Shown here one piece after another: positions 1 through 7,675 of a stretch of DNA of 32,000 nucleotides; position 1 is the first letter of the stretch, and each line of letters opens with the position of its first letter. Position numbers and translations under genes: made by a program. The notes beneath the pieces are model-generated. The model searched no databases. It was not told the DNA's origin and saw only the letters and a list, made by a program, of their open reading frames with translations. Source of the stretch: Thermoproteota archaeon (GTDB lineage Archaea; Korarchaeota; Korarchaeia; Korarchaeales; Korarchaeaceae); contig JALSOH010000004.1 in the NCBI GenBank assembly GCA_026986575.1, forward strand, positions 566,693 through 598,692, in the 5' to 3' direction.

Positions 1-28
1 ATCGTCCGCGCTTAACCCCCCGGAATCT

Positions 29-742
29 ATGAGCCTTCCGATGGGATCCGTCTACTCCCCTCCCATCTCAAAGGTCAAGAAGGATCTATTGGACAGCTTC
101 ATGAATATCACTTTAGAGAAATTAAAGGAAGACAGGGAATATAGTTTAAAGTATCTGAATTTCACGCGATGGTTAGGCGAAACATACGGCCTCGCTTACG
201 ACGAACTTTTCTGGACCAAAGAGGAGCTTGTCAAGATAATGGAGAAGGCCAAGCAATTAGACGAGGAGGCCGCCGACTGGCTCAAACAGGTGAACGCAAC
301 CTTCATCGTGGCCTTTAACCTGCCGCCAGATACTAACCTGTCATACGCTAATATGATGGCAGATCTCATCTCCAAATATGCCCCGAACTTCAAGGCGGTC
401 AAGGTGCAGATCCTCTATATCATAGACAGATACAAGGTGAAGTACAAGGAAGGGTCCATGGATCTGTACCTGAGCATCATCAGGGCCTTCCTCCAGAGGA
501 ACCTCAGTATTAGAGTGAAGACCATTGAGCCATACGGAATAGGAAGCGTGGAAATCACGCCAGCAGATCTGGACAAGCTCACACCACAATATCTGGAAAA
601 GGCATTGGATGCGACCGAGGAAGCGGCAAAGGGCGAGAAACCTAAGCTTCCCAACTATAAGTCAGCTTGGGAATGTGAGCAATGGTATCAGGGTCCTGTA
701 ACGGTCTATAACACGAATTTTCACTGGAAGTGGTGGTTCTAG
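29..742 (+). CDS. hypothetical protein with no recognisable family, 237 aa from the first ATG. The frame stays open back to window position 2, so the gene may start upstream of the window.
   Basis: Long ORF with globular composition and an aromatic C-terminus, NFHWKWWF. I can assign no catalytic or binding motif. The co-directional ORF 778-1095 follows 35 nt later. Confidence 0.5.
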   Translation: MSLPMGSVYSPPISKVKKDLLDSFMNITLEKLKEDREYSLKYLNFTRWLGETYGLAYDELFWTKEELVKIMEKAKQLDEEAADWLKQVNATFIVAFNLPPDTNLSYANMMADLISKYAPNFKAVKVQILYIIDRYKVKYKEGSMDLYLSIIRAFLQRNLSIRVKTIEPYGIGSVEITPADLDKLTPQYLEKALDATEEAAKGEKPKLPNYKSAWECEQWYQGPVTVYNTNFHWKWWF

Positions 743-777
743 CATTTCTGCGGAGGTTGGGGTGAATTAAGTGTAAG

Positions 778-1095
778 ATGTACGCACCTGAGGAGAGCGA
801 GGGGTGTGACATTCATTACATTCGCTGGATGCGTTTTCATATGGAAGAAGATTATACCTTCGGCCTTATAGACTTTCCGGGGTGCGAATACGCAAGTAAC
901 TGTGGAGGAACCTGCGGGTCAGCTAATACTAAATTTCATGGTTTTTGCGCCGTTACATACGCGAAAATGAGCCCCTACATAAGGTTTTACTCTTATTATA
1001 TGATAATAGCTGATTACACACTGACCTATCACAGCACATATGGATGCCCATATTATTTATATTGCGGCTGCATGGGTTCGTGTAATTACCCTTAG
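778..1095 (+). CDS. hypothetical small Cys/Tyr-rich protein (105 aa, 9 Cys, about 16 Tyr)
   Basis: An open frame of 105 codons in AT-rich DNA is unlikely by chance. SD-like GGAGGT/GGGGTGA lies at 755-768. Cys clusters are CGGTCG and CPYYLYCGCMGSC. No signal peptide and no family recognised. Confidence 0.3.
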   Translation: MYAPEESEGCDIHYIRWMRFHMEEDYTFGLIDFPGCEYASNCGGTCGSANTKFHGFCAVTYAKMSPYIRFYSYYMIIADYTLTYHSTYGCPYYLYCGCMGSCNYP

Positions 1096-1126
1096 ATGTT
1101 TATCATAAACGTGATAAGAATACCAT

Positions 1127-1151
1127 GATCTATAGATCTTCATAGATCTTC
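1127..1151. repeat. 12-bp perfect palindrome GATCTATAGATC (1127-1138) overlapping a perfect tandem duplication ATAGATCTTC x2 (1132-1141, 1142-1151)
   Basis: Read directly from the sequence. It lies in the AT-rich spacer downstream of ORF 778-1095. Confidence 0.8.
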
Positions 1152-1422
1152 AGAATTTGTGGAAGTATCTATATGTTTTTTACCAACTTTAATGTAACAT
1201 ATGCTATTTTTATTGAGTGATGAGTGGTTACCTCCACTTAAGAGGTTCATCACCCAGGCTTGCCAAGTAAATTTGATAATACACTCCCTATTTCTCCCGA
1301 TTAATTCTTCCCTTATTTCAAAAATAAATAATTCTTCTTTCTTTTTAGTACGGGCAACGAACTCTAAATCAAACAACAAGGACAGCTGGGCGCAAAAGAA
1401 AGAGTCCATACAATAAAGAGAA

Positions 1423-1433
1423 TTTGTATATTT
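1423..1433 (+). promoter_or_regulatory. TATA-like element TTTGTATATTT upstream of the MNT/HEPN operon
   Basis: AT-rich box ending about 26 nt before the ATG at 1459. This is consistent with an archaeal leaderless or short-leader promoter. Confidence 0.3.
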
Positions 1434-1458
1434 GATGCCAGTGTAGATACTGGGAAAA

Positions 1459-1881
1459 ATGGAAAGGGGAAGAGAGCATATATCCGCCCTCAGAAATAGA
1501 CTTAAGTTAACAGAGCGAGAATTGAAGAGGAGAGGTATAGTAGCGATTATACTCTTCGGTTCCTCGCTAAAAGGAAGAATCCATCCACTTAGCGATGTGG
1601 ACATTGCCGTTCTCTTCAAAGATGAACCGCCAGAGCGTGATATCGAATGGCTATATCTGGAGCTTCAGAGAGATCTCAGGAGGGAAGTAGATCTCATCAT
1701 CCTCAATAAGGCACCTCCCAGAATAAGATTTTCTGCCTTGAAAGGTGAACTGCTTTACGTTGGAGACGAGAGAGAACTAATCCACTTCATGACTAAGGTT
1801 TACGACGAGTGGGCTGATTTGGAGTACCTCAGGAGAGTGATCTGGAATTACACGGAGAGGTGGCTGACCGTTGGAGGTTGA
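1459..1881 (+). CDS. mntA: minimal nucleotidyltransferase (MNT), antitoxin of a HEPN/MNT type VII toxin-antitoxin pair
   Basis: Pol-beta-type NTase signature GSSLKGRIHPLSDVDIAVLF (GS...DxD). Size is 140 aa. It overlaps the downstream HEPN gene by 11 nt. Confidence 0.85.
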   Translation: MERGREHISALRNRLKLTERELKRRGIVAIILFGSSLKGRIHPLSDVDIAVLFKDEPPERDIEWLYLELQRDLRREVDLIILNKAPPRIRFSALKGELLYVGDERELIHFMTKVYDEWADLEYLRRVIWNYTERWLTVGG

Positions 1882-2293
1882 CATGGAAGCGGTCAAGTCC
1901 AGAATAGAGCTACTGAGGGGATATTTATCCTCCCTAGAGGAACTGAAATCGAACGAGGAAGAATTTTACAGATCCCTGGTCTACCGAATGGCGGTGGAAA
2001 GGCTCTTGCATCTGTCTATTGAATGTCTTTTAGACATAGCACAGCACATAGCTGCGGCTAAGGGGCATAGGCCCCCTGAGAGTTATGCTGATACTATCAC
2101 AGTGCTCGAGGAAGCCGGACTTGTACCTCCTGAGAGAGCAGACACTTATAGGAGGATTGCTAGGTTCCGAAATGTCCTAGTTCACGCGTACGTATCAATA
2201 GACCCAGATAGAGTTTTCGAGGTCTGGATGAAGGAGTTGGAGAATCTCAGGGAAATGGCGAGGGACCTCATGAACGCCGCTACTGACCCCTAG
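1871..2293 (+). CDS. hepT: HEPN-domain (DUF86) protein, a putative RNase toxin
   Basis: Rx4H HEPN motif in RFRNVLVHAY. Size is 140 aa, all-helical composition, and it is coupled to the MNT gene. Confidence 0.85.
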   Translation: MEVDMEAVKSRIELLRGYLSSLEELKSNEEEFYRSLVYRMAVERLLHLSIECLLDIAQHIAAAKGHRPPESYADTITVLEEAGLVPPERADTYRRIARFRNVLVHAYVSIDPDRVFEVWMKELENLREMARDLMNAATDP

Positions 2294-2301
2294 TGCGTCG
2301 C

Positions 2302-2318
2302 GTTCCTCATTGAGGAAC
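2302..2318 (+). terminator. short hairpin GTTCCTC-ATT-GAGGAAC directly after the HEPN stop codon
   Basis: Perfect 7-bp stem with a 3-nt loop, followed by CACTTTAC. Its function as a terminator is inferred only. Confidence 0.3.
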
Positions 2319-2346
2319 CACTTTACTGAGAGTAGAGGTATGGTCT

Positions 2347-4188
2347 ATGTCTTGGGAAGATGCTGTGGAGTACTTCCCCTACAAGCCGCGTAGATTTCAG
2401 AGAGAAACCATAGCCTCCATAAGGTCGGCCGTGGAGGAAGGCAGGAGGTTCTGTCTCCACGCCCCAACCGGATTCGGGAAGACGCCAGTGGTCCTCGCGG
2501 CCCTGCTTCCGATAATAGAGGAGCTGGATGGAGCCATTATATGGGCCGTCAGGACTGGGAACGAGACAGACAGACCTATAGAGGAGTTGAAACTAATTAG
2601 CAGGAGGAAACCAGTTTTCGGCCTCTCCTTAAGGGGTAAGAGGGACATGTGCCCACTAGCTAGGGACTTAGGAGTCACCAGCTACGAGGGAGTAGGGACC
2701 CTCTGCAGGATGAGGAGGGACAAGTGCCCCTACCACAGGAACCTGAAGAGGTTGAAGGGTGAGGAAATAGTTCCCCCTCCTAGGCCCCTCACGTTCTCTG
2801 AGACCTTCGAGCTCGCGAGTGAGATGAAGGTGTGCCCTTACTTCCTCCAGATTGCCTTCTTGGAGTACTCCCACGTGATCTCACTCAGCTACAACTACAT
2901 CCTCTCTCCCTTGGGGTGGGTCATCAGGCATAAGGTCCCGTTCAGGGAATCCATACTCGTTGTAGATGAGGCCCATAACATAGAGAGGGCTGCGATGGAG
3001 TTGAATAGCAAGAGCGTGACCTCGACAACGGTGGAGAGGGCCCTGAAGGAGGTCGAGAGGTATGATCCGGAGGACGAGACCGGATTGAGGGAGAAGCTCT
3101 CCTTAACCCTCACCTTCATGTCCCAGATTGCGGTCTCGGAGGACGGAGTGTTCGACCTAGACTCCTTCCTAGGGGAGACGGGCTTGGGTCCGAACGACAT
3201 AAAGGCCATGTACGCGATAGCGGAGGAGGTGTACCGGGATCAGATGAGGAGGGGTAAGGAGCCACGCTCCTACCTCAACTCCCTAGCGGAGTTCCTCATC
3301 GTGGCCTTAGAGAAGAGCGGGCAGGAGGGAGTGGCCTACCTCTACTCTAAGGAGAGGTCGAGCATCAAGTTGGAGGTGTGGGACATGAGGACAAAGGAGT
3401 CCTTGGCCCCGGTGTGGGATGACTTCTACAGTATCGTCTTCATGTCGGGTACGCTTGAGCCCATAGACGCGTTCGCCGAAACTGCGGGCGTCGAGAATTG
3501 CGCCAGGATGAGCATACCCTCGATGGCCGATCCTGAAAAAGTGAGGAGCCTTATAGTGAGCGGAGTGAGCACCAAGGGAGAGGAGCTCTCGGCTGAGATG
3601 GTCAGGAGGTACCTGAGAGTTGTGGACGCGTTTTTATCACTCCCAGGAAACTTAGCTATATTCACGGCCAGCTACAGGATTCAAGAGGAGGTACTCCCCG
3701 GAATAAAGGAGCTCGCAGAGGACCACGGGAGGCACTTATTCGTTGAGAGGAGGGACATGCCCGGTGATGAGGCGAGTTGGATACTCAAGGAGTTCAAGTC
3801 CCTGCCTAAACGAGGAAAAGAGGGCCTGCTGGTGGCGCCTGCTGGGGGTAGATTCGCGGAGGGAGCTGATTTCCCTGGAGAGGAGCTGGAGGGGGTGATG
3901 CTCTTAGGAATACCATTCGATCGCCTCACCACCAAGACTAGACTCTTCATCGAGTACAATCAGAGGATCTATGGGAAGAAGAGGGGGAGATACCTGTCAT
4001 ACGTGGTTCCGGCCCTCAGAAGGGCCTCTCAGGCGTTGGGAAGGGTCATCAGATCGGAAGAGGACGAGGGAATCTTCGTTCTAGCGGATGAAAGATATAT
4101 GAGACGCACTTACTTCAAACTACTCCCGGACTTCGTCAAACAAAATGTGAACTTGGCTAGGTGGGATGAGATAAAACCCCCATACTGA
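2347..4188 (+). CDS. xpd: XPD/Rad3-family Fe-S DNA helicase (SF2, DEAH)
   Basis: Walker A HAPTGFGKT and DEAH box VVDEAHNI. A four-Cys Fe-S domain sits between them (CPLAR ... C ... CPYH ... CPYF). Helicase C-terminal motifs are present. Size is 613 aa. Confidence 0.9.
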   Translation: MSWEDAVEYFPYKPRRFQRETIASIRSAVEEGRRFCLHAPTGFGKTPVVLAALLPIIEELDGAIIWAVRTGNETDRPIEELKLISRRKPVFGLSLRGKRDMCPLARDLGVTSYEGVGTLCRMRRDKCPYHRNLKRLKGEEIVPPPRPLTFSETFELASEMKVCPYFLQIAFLEYSHVISLSYNYILSPLGWVIRHKVPFRESILVVDEAHNIERAAMELNSKSVTSTTVERALKEVERYDPEDETGLREKLSLTLTFMSQIAVSEDGVFDLDSFLGETGLGPNDIKAMYAIAEEVYRDQMRRGKEPRSYLNSLAEFLIVALEKSGQEGVAYLYSKERSSIKLEVWDMRTKESLAPVWDDFYSIVFMSGTLEPIDAFAETAGVENCARMSIPSMADPEKVRSLIVSGVSTKGEELSAEMVRRYLRVVDAFLSLPGNLAIFTASYRIQEEVLPGIKELAEDHGRHLFVERRDMPGDEASWILKEFKSLPKRGKEGLLVAPAGGRFAEGADFPGEELEGVMLLGIPFDRLTTKTRLFIEYNQRIYGKKRGRYLSYVVPALRRASQALGRVIRSEEDEGIFVLADERYMRRTYFKLLPDFVKQNVNLARWDEIKPPY

Positions 4189-4213
4189 GGTTGAACTTGG
4201 AAACTCTCAGTAG

Positions 4214-4251
4214 ACAGGCAGTCGTGGTCCTCCCATCCTGGGACTGCCTGT
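4214..4251. repeat. perfect 10-bp inverted repeat ACAGGCAGTC / GACTGCCTGT with an 18-nt loop
   Basis: Read directly from the sequence. It lies in the 114-nt spacer between the xpd stop (4188) and the DUF554 start (4303). Confidence 0.8.
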
Positions 4252-4302
4252 ATCATCTGGATCGAACTCAAAAGTTATTATTGCGGGCAGCCGTAACCTT
4301 GG

Positions 4303-4995
4303 ATGCTAGGAACCATCATTAACACGGTCACTGTGCTGGCTGGATCGTCTGCTGGCCTTCTCCTGGGCAAGAAGATAGGGGAGTCGGGGAAGGATACGGT
4401 ATTTCAGGTCGTAGGCCTTTTCACGTTCTATCTAGGGATAAGCATGGCACTGGAGACGAGGAACCCCATCGGCCTAATCTTGGGACTGCTTACAGGGACT
4501 CTGCTTGGTGAGAGGCTCGGACTGGAGGAGACCTTGGAGGGTGCGGCGGAGCGCCTAAGACAGAGGATAGGAGGGGACTCAAACTTCGTGGAGGGACTCA
4601 TGACAGCTTTCCTCACGTTTTGCGTCGGTCCTATGACCATTATCGGCTCCATCAGGGATGGAATGGGCGATCCATCCATAATAATGGCCAAATCCGTGAT
4701 GGACGGCTTCGCCTCCATGGCCTACGCGGCAGCCCTCGGTCCTGGCGTCGTGTTCTCCTCCATCCCGCTCTTCCTGTTCCAAGGGTCGCTGTCTATCGTG
4801 GGCTCCCTAATCGGCGCTTCCCTCCCCGAAGCGGCCATAGGTGATCTCACCGGAGCTGGTGGGGTGATACTACTGGGATTGGCCCTCAACCTCCTCAAGG
4901 TCAGGAGGATAAAGGTGGGGAACATGCTCCCCAGTCTTCTGATGGCTCCGCTGATCTCAGTCCTCTGGTCCGGCCTTCCCATCCCTACTCCATAA
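4303..4995 (+). CDS. DUF554-family integral membrane protein (YdfK-like)
   Basis: N-terminus MLGTIINTVTVLAGSSAGLLLGKKI is typical of DUF554. It is a polytopic Gly/Ala-rich hydrophobic protein of 230 aa. Confidence 0.75.
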   Translation: MLGTIINTVTVLAGSSAGLLLGKKIGESGKDTVFQVVGLFTFYLGISMALETRNPIGLILGLLTGTLLGERLGLEETLEGAAERLRQRIGGDSNFVEGLMTAFLTFCVGPMTIIGSIRDGMGDPSIIMAKSVMDGFASMAYAAALGPGVVFSSIPLFLFQGSLSIVGSLIGASLPEAAIGDLTGAGGVILLGLALNLLKVRRIKVGNMLPSLLMAPLISVLWSGLPIPTP

Positions 4996-5809
4996 TTCTC
5001 GCCCTCTTATTCGTGATCCTCCTCTTAATGACCCTCCCCACAGTGGACCATGCCTTCTCTATCCCCTCACATCTCTCACATACGGCCGCCACGGCCGGAC
5101 CTGTGCCGGACAGGCCGGCTCCCAATGCCCCGAGCCTCACCGCCTCCAGAGCTGGGGAAGGGTCGTAACCTAACAGTAGCGAGTAGAGGAGGCCGTTCAG
5201 CGTCATGGCATCCCATATCCTTCCCGGGAGAAGGGAGAATATGGAGTCAACAGTTCCAGCGTAGGACCTCAGGAGGTTAGCGTCGACCTCGATAGTGGAC
5301 TTCGGAGCGTAACTCTCGGGCAGTAGCACTAGCACCTCCATCTCCCTCAGGGGAGCCCTCATGAGCAGCTCATCCCTCGAGTTATCGGTCATGACAAAGC
5401 CCCCAAGCATGGAAGCAGCCGCGTCATCTAGAGCACCGGTGATGGTAACTCCTGCCGACCTAGCAGCTTTAACGGAGATCTTCAAGGCCTCAAAGAGGTC
5501 CTTCCTGCCGTGAAGGGCCATGACAGAAAGTGCAACAGCGTTGGCCACGGCGCTGCTGCTCTTCAAACCCCAACCCGCTGGGATCTCCGAATCCACCAGA
5601 ACCCTGACCCCCTCTCCACCCACCTCTTTCAGGGCTAGAAGTGCTGCTTCCCTGACGAGAGGGTCCTCTGGTTCCACCTCCAATTCGCTTGAAGGTTCGG
5701 CTTTAGCCCTCACCTCGAAATCTATCGAGATGGCAGCTCCCTTCCAGCTGGCTATCGCATTAACGACGGTGATAGCTCCGTTCACCCGGACCTCAACCAT
5801 TTCCACCAC
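4985..5809 (-). CDS. aroK: archaeal-type shikimate kinase (GHMP kinase superfamily)
   Basis: GHMP motif PAGWGLKSSSAVANAV. The N-terminal GAITVVNAIASWKGAA resembles the archaeal GHMP-type shikimate kinase family. It overlaps aroE. An alternative ATG lies 9 nt downstream. Confidence 0.8.
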   Translation of the reverse strand: MVEMVEVRVNGAITVVNAIASWKGAAISIDFEVRAKAEPSSELEVEPEDPLVREAALLALKEVGGEGVRVLVDSEIPAGWGLKSSSAVANAVALSVMALHGRKDLFEALKISVKAARSAGVTITGALDDAAASMLGGFVMTDNSRDELLMRAPLREMEVLVLLPESYAPKSTIEVDANLLRSYAGTVDSIFSLLPGRIWDAMTLNGLLYSLLLGYDPSPALEAVRLGALGAGLSGTGPAVAAVCERCEGIEKAWSTVGRVIKRRITNKRARIME

Positions 5810-6629
5810 CTAGGAGGGACTCAGCGACCTCCATCATCAGATCCTCATCCGGCTTAATGCCGAACCATATCCTCTCAGCCTCAGCCGCCTGCCTCACGAG
5901 CATGGGGAGGCCGCCGACAGCCTTACAACCCCTCCTCTTGGCCTCCCTCACAAGTACTGTCTCAGGAGGGTTATACACGAGATCGAACACGTAACAACCC
6001 GGCTTCAAGGAGCCGGGATCCAGCGGAACTCCTTCACCCAGCGTGCCGAGGGGAGTAGCGTTGATCAGTAGATCAGCTTTTTCAGCGATTCGAGACCTCT
6101 CCTCCCATTCCACAGTCACCGCGTCGAGTCCAAGCTTGTTGCATAGGAGGAGGATCTTCCTCACCCGCTCAATCCTCCTAGAGGTCATGTAGACCCTGTC
6201 AACCCTCCCAGAAAGCCCTACGAGTACGGAACGGGCGGCACCACCGGCACCTAGGAGCAGCGCGTTTTCAACACTACGGAGTCCCAGAATTTCTAGGCTA
6301 TGGAGGACGCCACTGACGTCCGTGTTGTAACCCAAGGCTTTTTCCTCGAACCTTATCGTGTTCACAGCACCTACAAGCTTGGCCTCATCGCTCAACCAAT
6401 CCACGGAGTCGTGAGCCACCTCCTTATACGGGATCGTCACATTGCAGCCAGCGGCCCCCAGAGCCTTCAATCCATCCAAGGCCTTGGGGAAATCGAGCAC
6501 ATCGAAAGCCAAGTAGATGGCATTTATCCCCATCCTCTCGTAGGAGGCGTTGTGAATGGCCGGTGAGATCGAGTGGTGCACCGGATGCCCGAGAAGGCAT
6601 GTGAGCCTCGTACTCGTGTCTATCCTCAT
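5793..6629 (-). CDS. aroE: shikimate 5-dehydrogenase
   Basis: N-terminal LLGHPVHHSISPAIHNA signature and the NAD(P) fold LLLGAGGAARSV. Size is 278 aa. Confidence 0.9.
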   Translation of the reverse strand: MRIDTSTRLTCLLGHPVHHSISPAIHNASYERMGINAIYLAFDVLDFPKALDGLKALGAAGCNVTIPYKEVAHDSVDWLSDEAKLVGAVNTIRFEEKALGYNTDVSGVLHSLEILGLRSVENALLLGAGGAARSVLVGLSGRVDRVYMTSRRIERVRKILLLCNKLGLDAVTVEWEERSRIAEKADLLINATPLGTLGEGVPLDPGSLKPGCYVFDLVYNPPETVLVREAKRRGCKAVGGLPMLVRQAAEAERIWFGIKPDEDLMMEVAESLLGGGNG

Positions 6630-6721
6630 CTCACCATCGAATCCGTCCCTCCTTTTAAGGGATGAGTGCGTCGCCGCCAGCAGATAAGAAGACTTAATTC
6701 CTCAACTCACTTACTGGCTGG

Positions 6722-7675
6722 GTGCCTATGAAGACCTCCCACGTGGGCAGCTACCCCTTGGACCACTCCCCGGATAATCTGAGAAGGGCGTTCCTCGACA
6801 CCATAGACGCGGGAATTACCGTCCCACCAGTTCCACAGCTCAGACCCTTCACGGACATGTACTTGGAACCCTTGGTGGAGATGGGTCACCTTGAGCCCAT
6901 AAGGGGCGGCAAGTACAGGCCCGTCGACCTTCACGGCGAGCCTGAACTACCCAAGCTGGATGAAGTGGAATGGTTCCTCGAGCTGGCCAACGAGATGAAC
7001 TTCGACCTGTCCGCGGTCAGGCTCCCCCTCACGGGCCCCTTCACACTAGCGACCAGGGTTGAAGTGGGGGAGGGCGGGATCTTTAATTCACTCCTAGCGG
7101 ACAAGAGGGCCCTGTTCGAATTCTTCGTTCCCTACGTGTCGAAGATCGCCGAGAAAATGGATTCCGTGGGTTTCGGGTATATCTTCGTTGACGAGCCGGT
7201 TATTGGGCTCTTGGTGGGGAGGAGGATCCTCTTCGATTACAAGGAGGAGGACATAGTAGAATCGTATGAGCGGGTCTTCTCTGGCGTAAAGGCCCAGAGG
7301 GGCACCCACATATGCGGGAAACTATCTCCCAAGCTCTCGGACCTACTGATGAAGGTTCCAGTGAGGTATCTGAGCCACGAGTTCTTCGACTCTAGGTCAA
7401 ACCTCGAGAGGTTCTCTCGACAGAAGCTGGAGGAAGCAGGCAAGGTGCTCTCTCCCGGCGTGGTGAGTGCGCAGAGCATGGAGGTGGAGGGGAGAGGGGT
7501 GGTCAGGGATCTCCTCAAGGAGTTGGTGGAAAGATTCGGGGCTGAGAGGATAGATTTGGTCAGCGGGGACTGCGGGTTCGGTGGATTGAAGGCCGCTGGA
7601 CCCCAAGCGTATGAAGTGGCCCTAAGTAAGCTCAGAGTGATAGAGGAGGTGGTCACATCCCTACAGAACGAGTGA
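6722..7675 (+). CDS. core-MetE-like (Meth_synt_2 / cobalamin-independent methionine synthase C-terminal domain family) zinc methyltransferase
   Basis: Motifs THVGSYP, FVDEPVIG, HxC zinc motif THICGKL, LSHEF and SGDCGFGGL. The size of 317 aa matches the single-domain archaeal form. The start is GTG 6722 or ATG 6728. Confidence 0.7.
   Translation: MPMKTSHVGSYPLDHSPDNLRRAFLDTIDAGITVPPVPQLRPFTDMYLEPLVEMGHLEPIRGGKYRPVDLHGEPELPKLDEVEWFLELANEMNFDLSAVRLPLTGPFTLATRVEVGEGGIFNSLLADKRALFEFFVPYVSKIAEKMDSVGFGYIFVDEPVIGLLVGRRILFDYKEEDIVESYERVFSGVKAQRGTHICGKLSPKLSDLLMKVPVRYLSHEFFDSRSNLERFSRQKLEEAGKVLSPGVVSAQSMEVEGRGVVRDLLKELVERFGAERIDLVSGDCGFGGLKAAGPQAYEVALSKLRVIEEVVTSLQNE

Noticed and set aside
1140-1619. 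159-aa minus-strand ORF (or 89 aa from the ATG at 1409), and the 71-aa plus-strand ORF 1201-1416, both in the AT-rich spacer
   Set aside because: The 5' part of the minus ORF overlaps the well-supported MNT gene. The only nearby TATA-like box is too close to the internal ATG for normal promoter geometry. The plus ORF is Ser/Asn-rich low complexity. I left both uncalled but mention them in the finding on region 1-1458, because long open frames in AT-rich DNA deserve an expression check.
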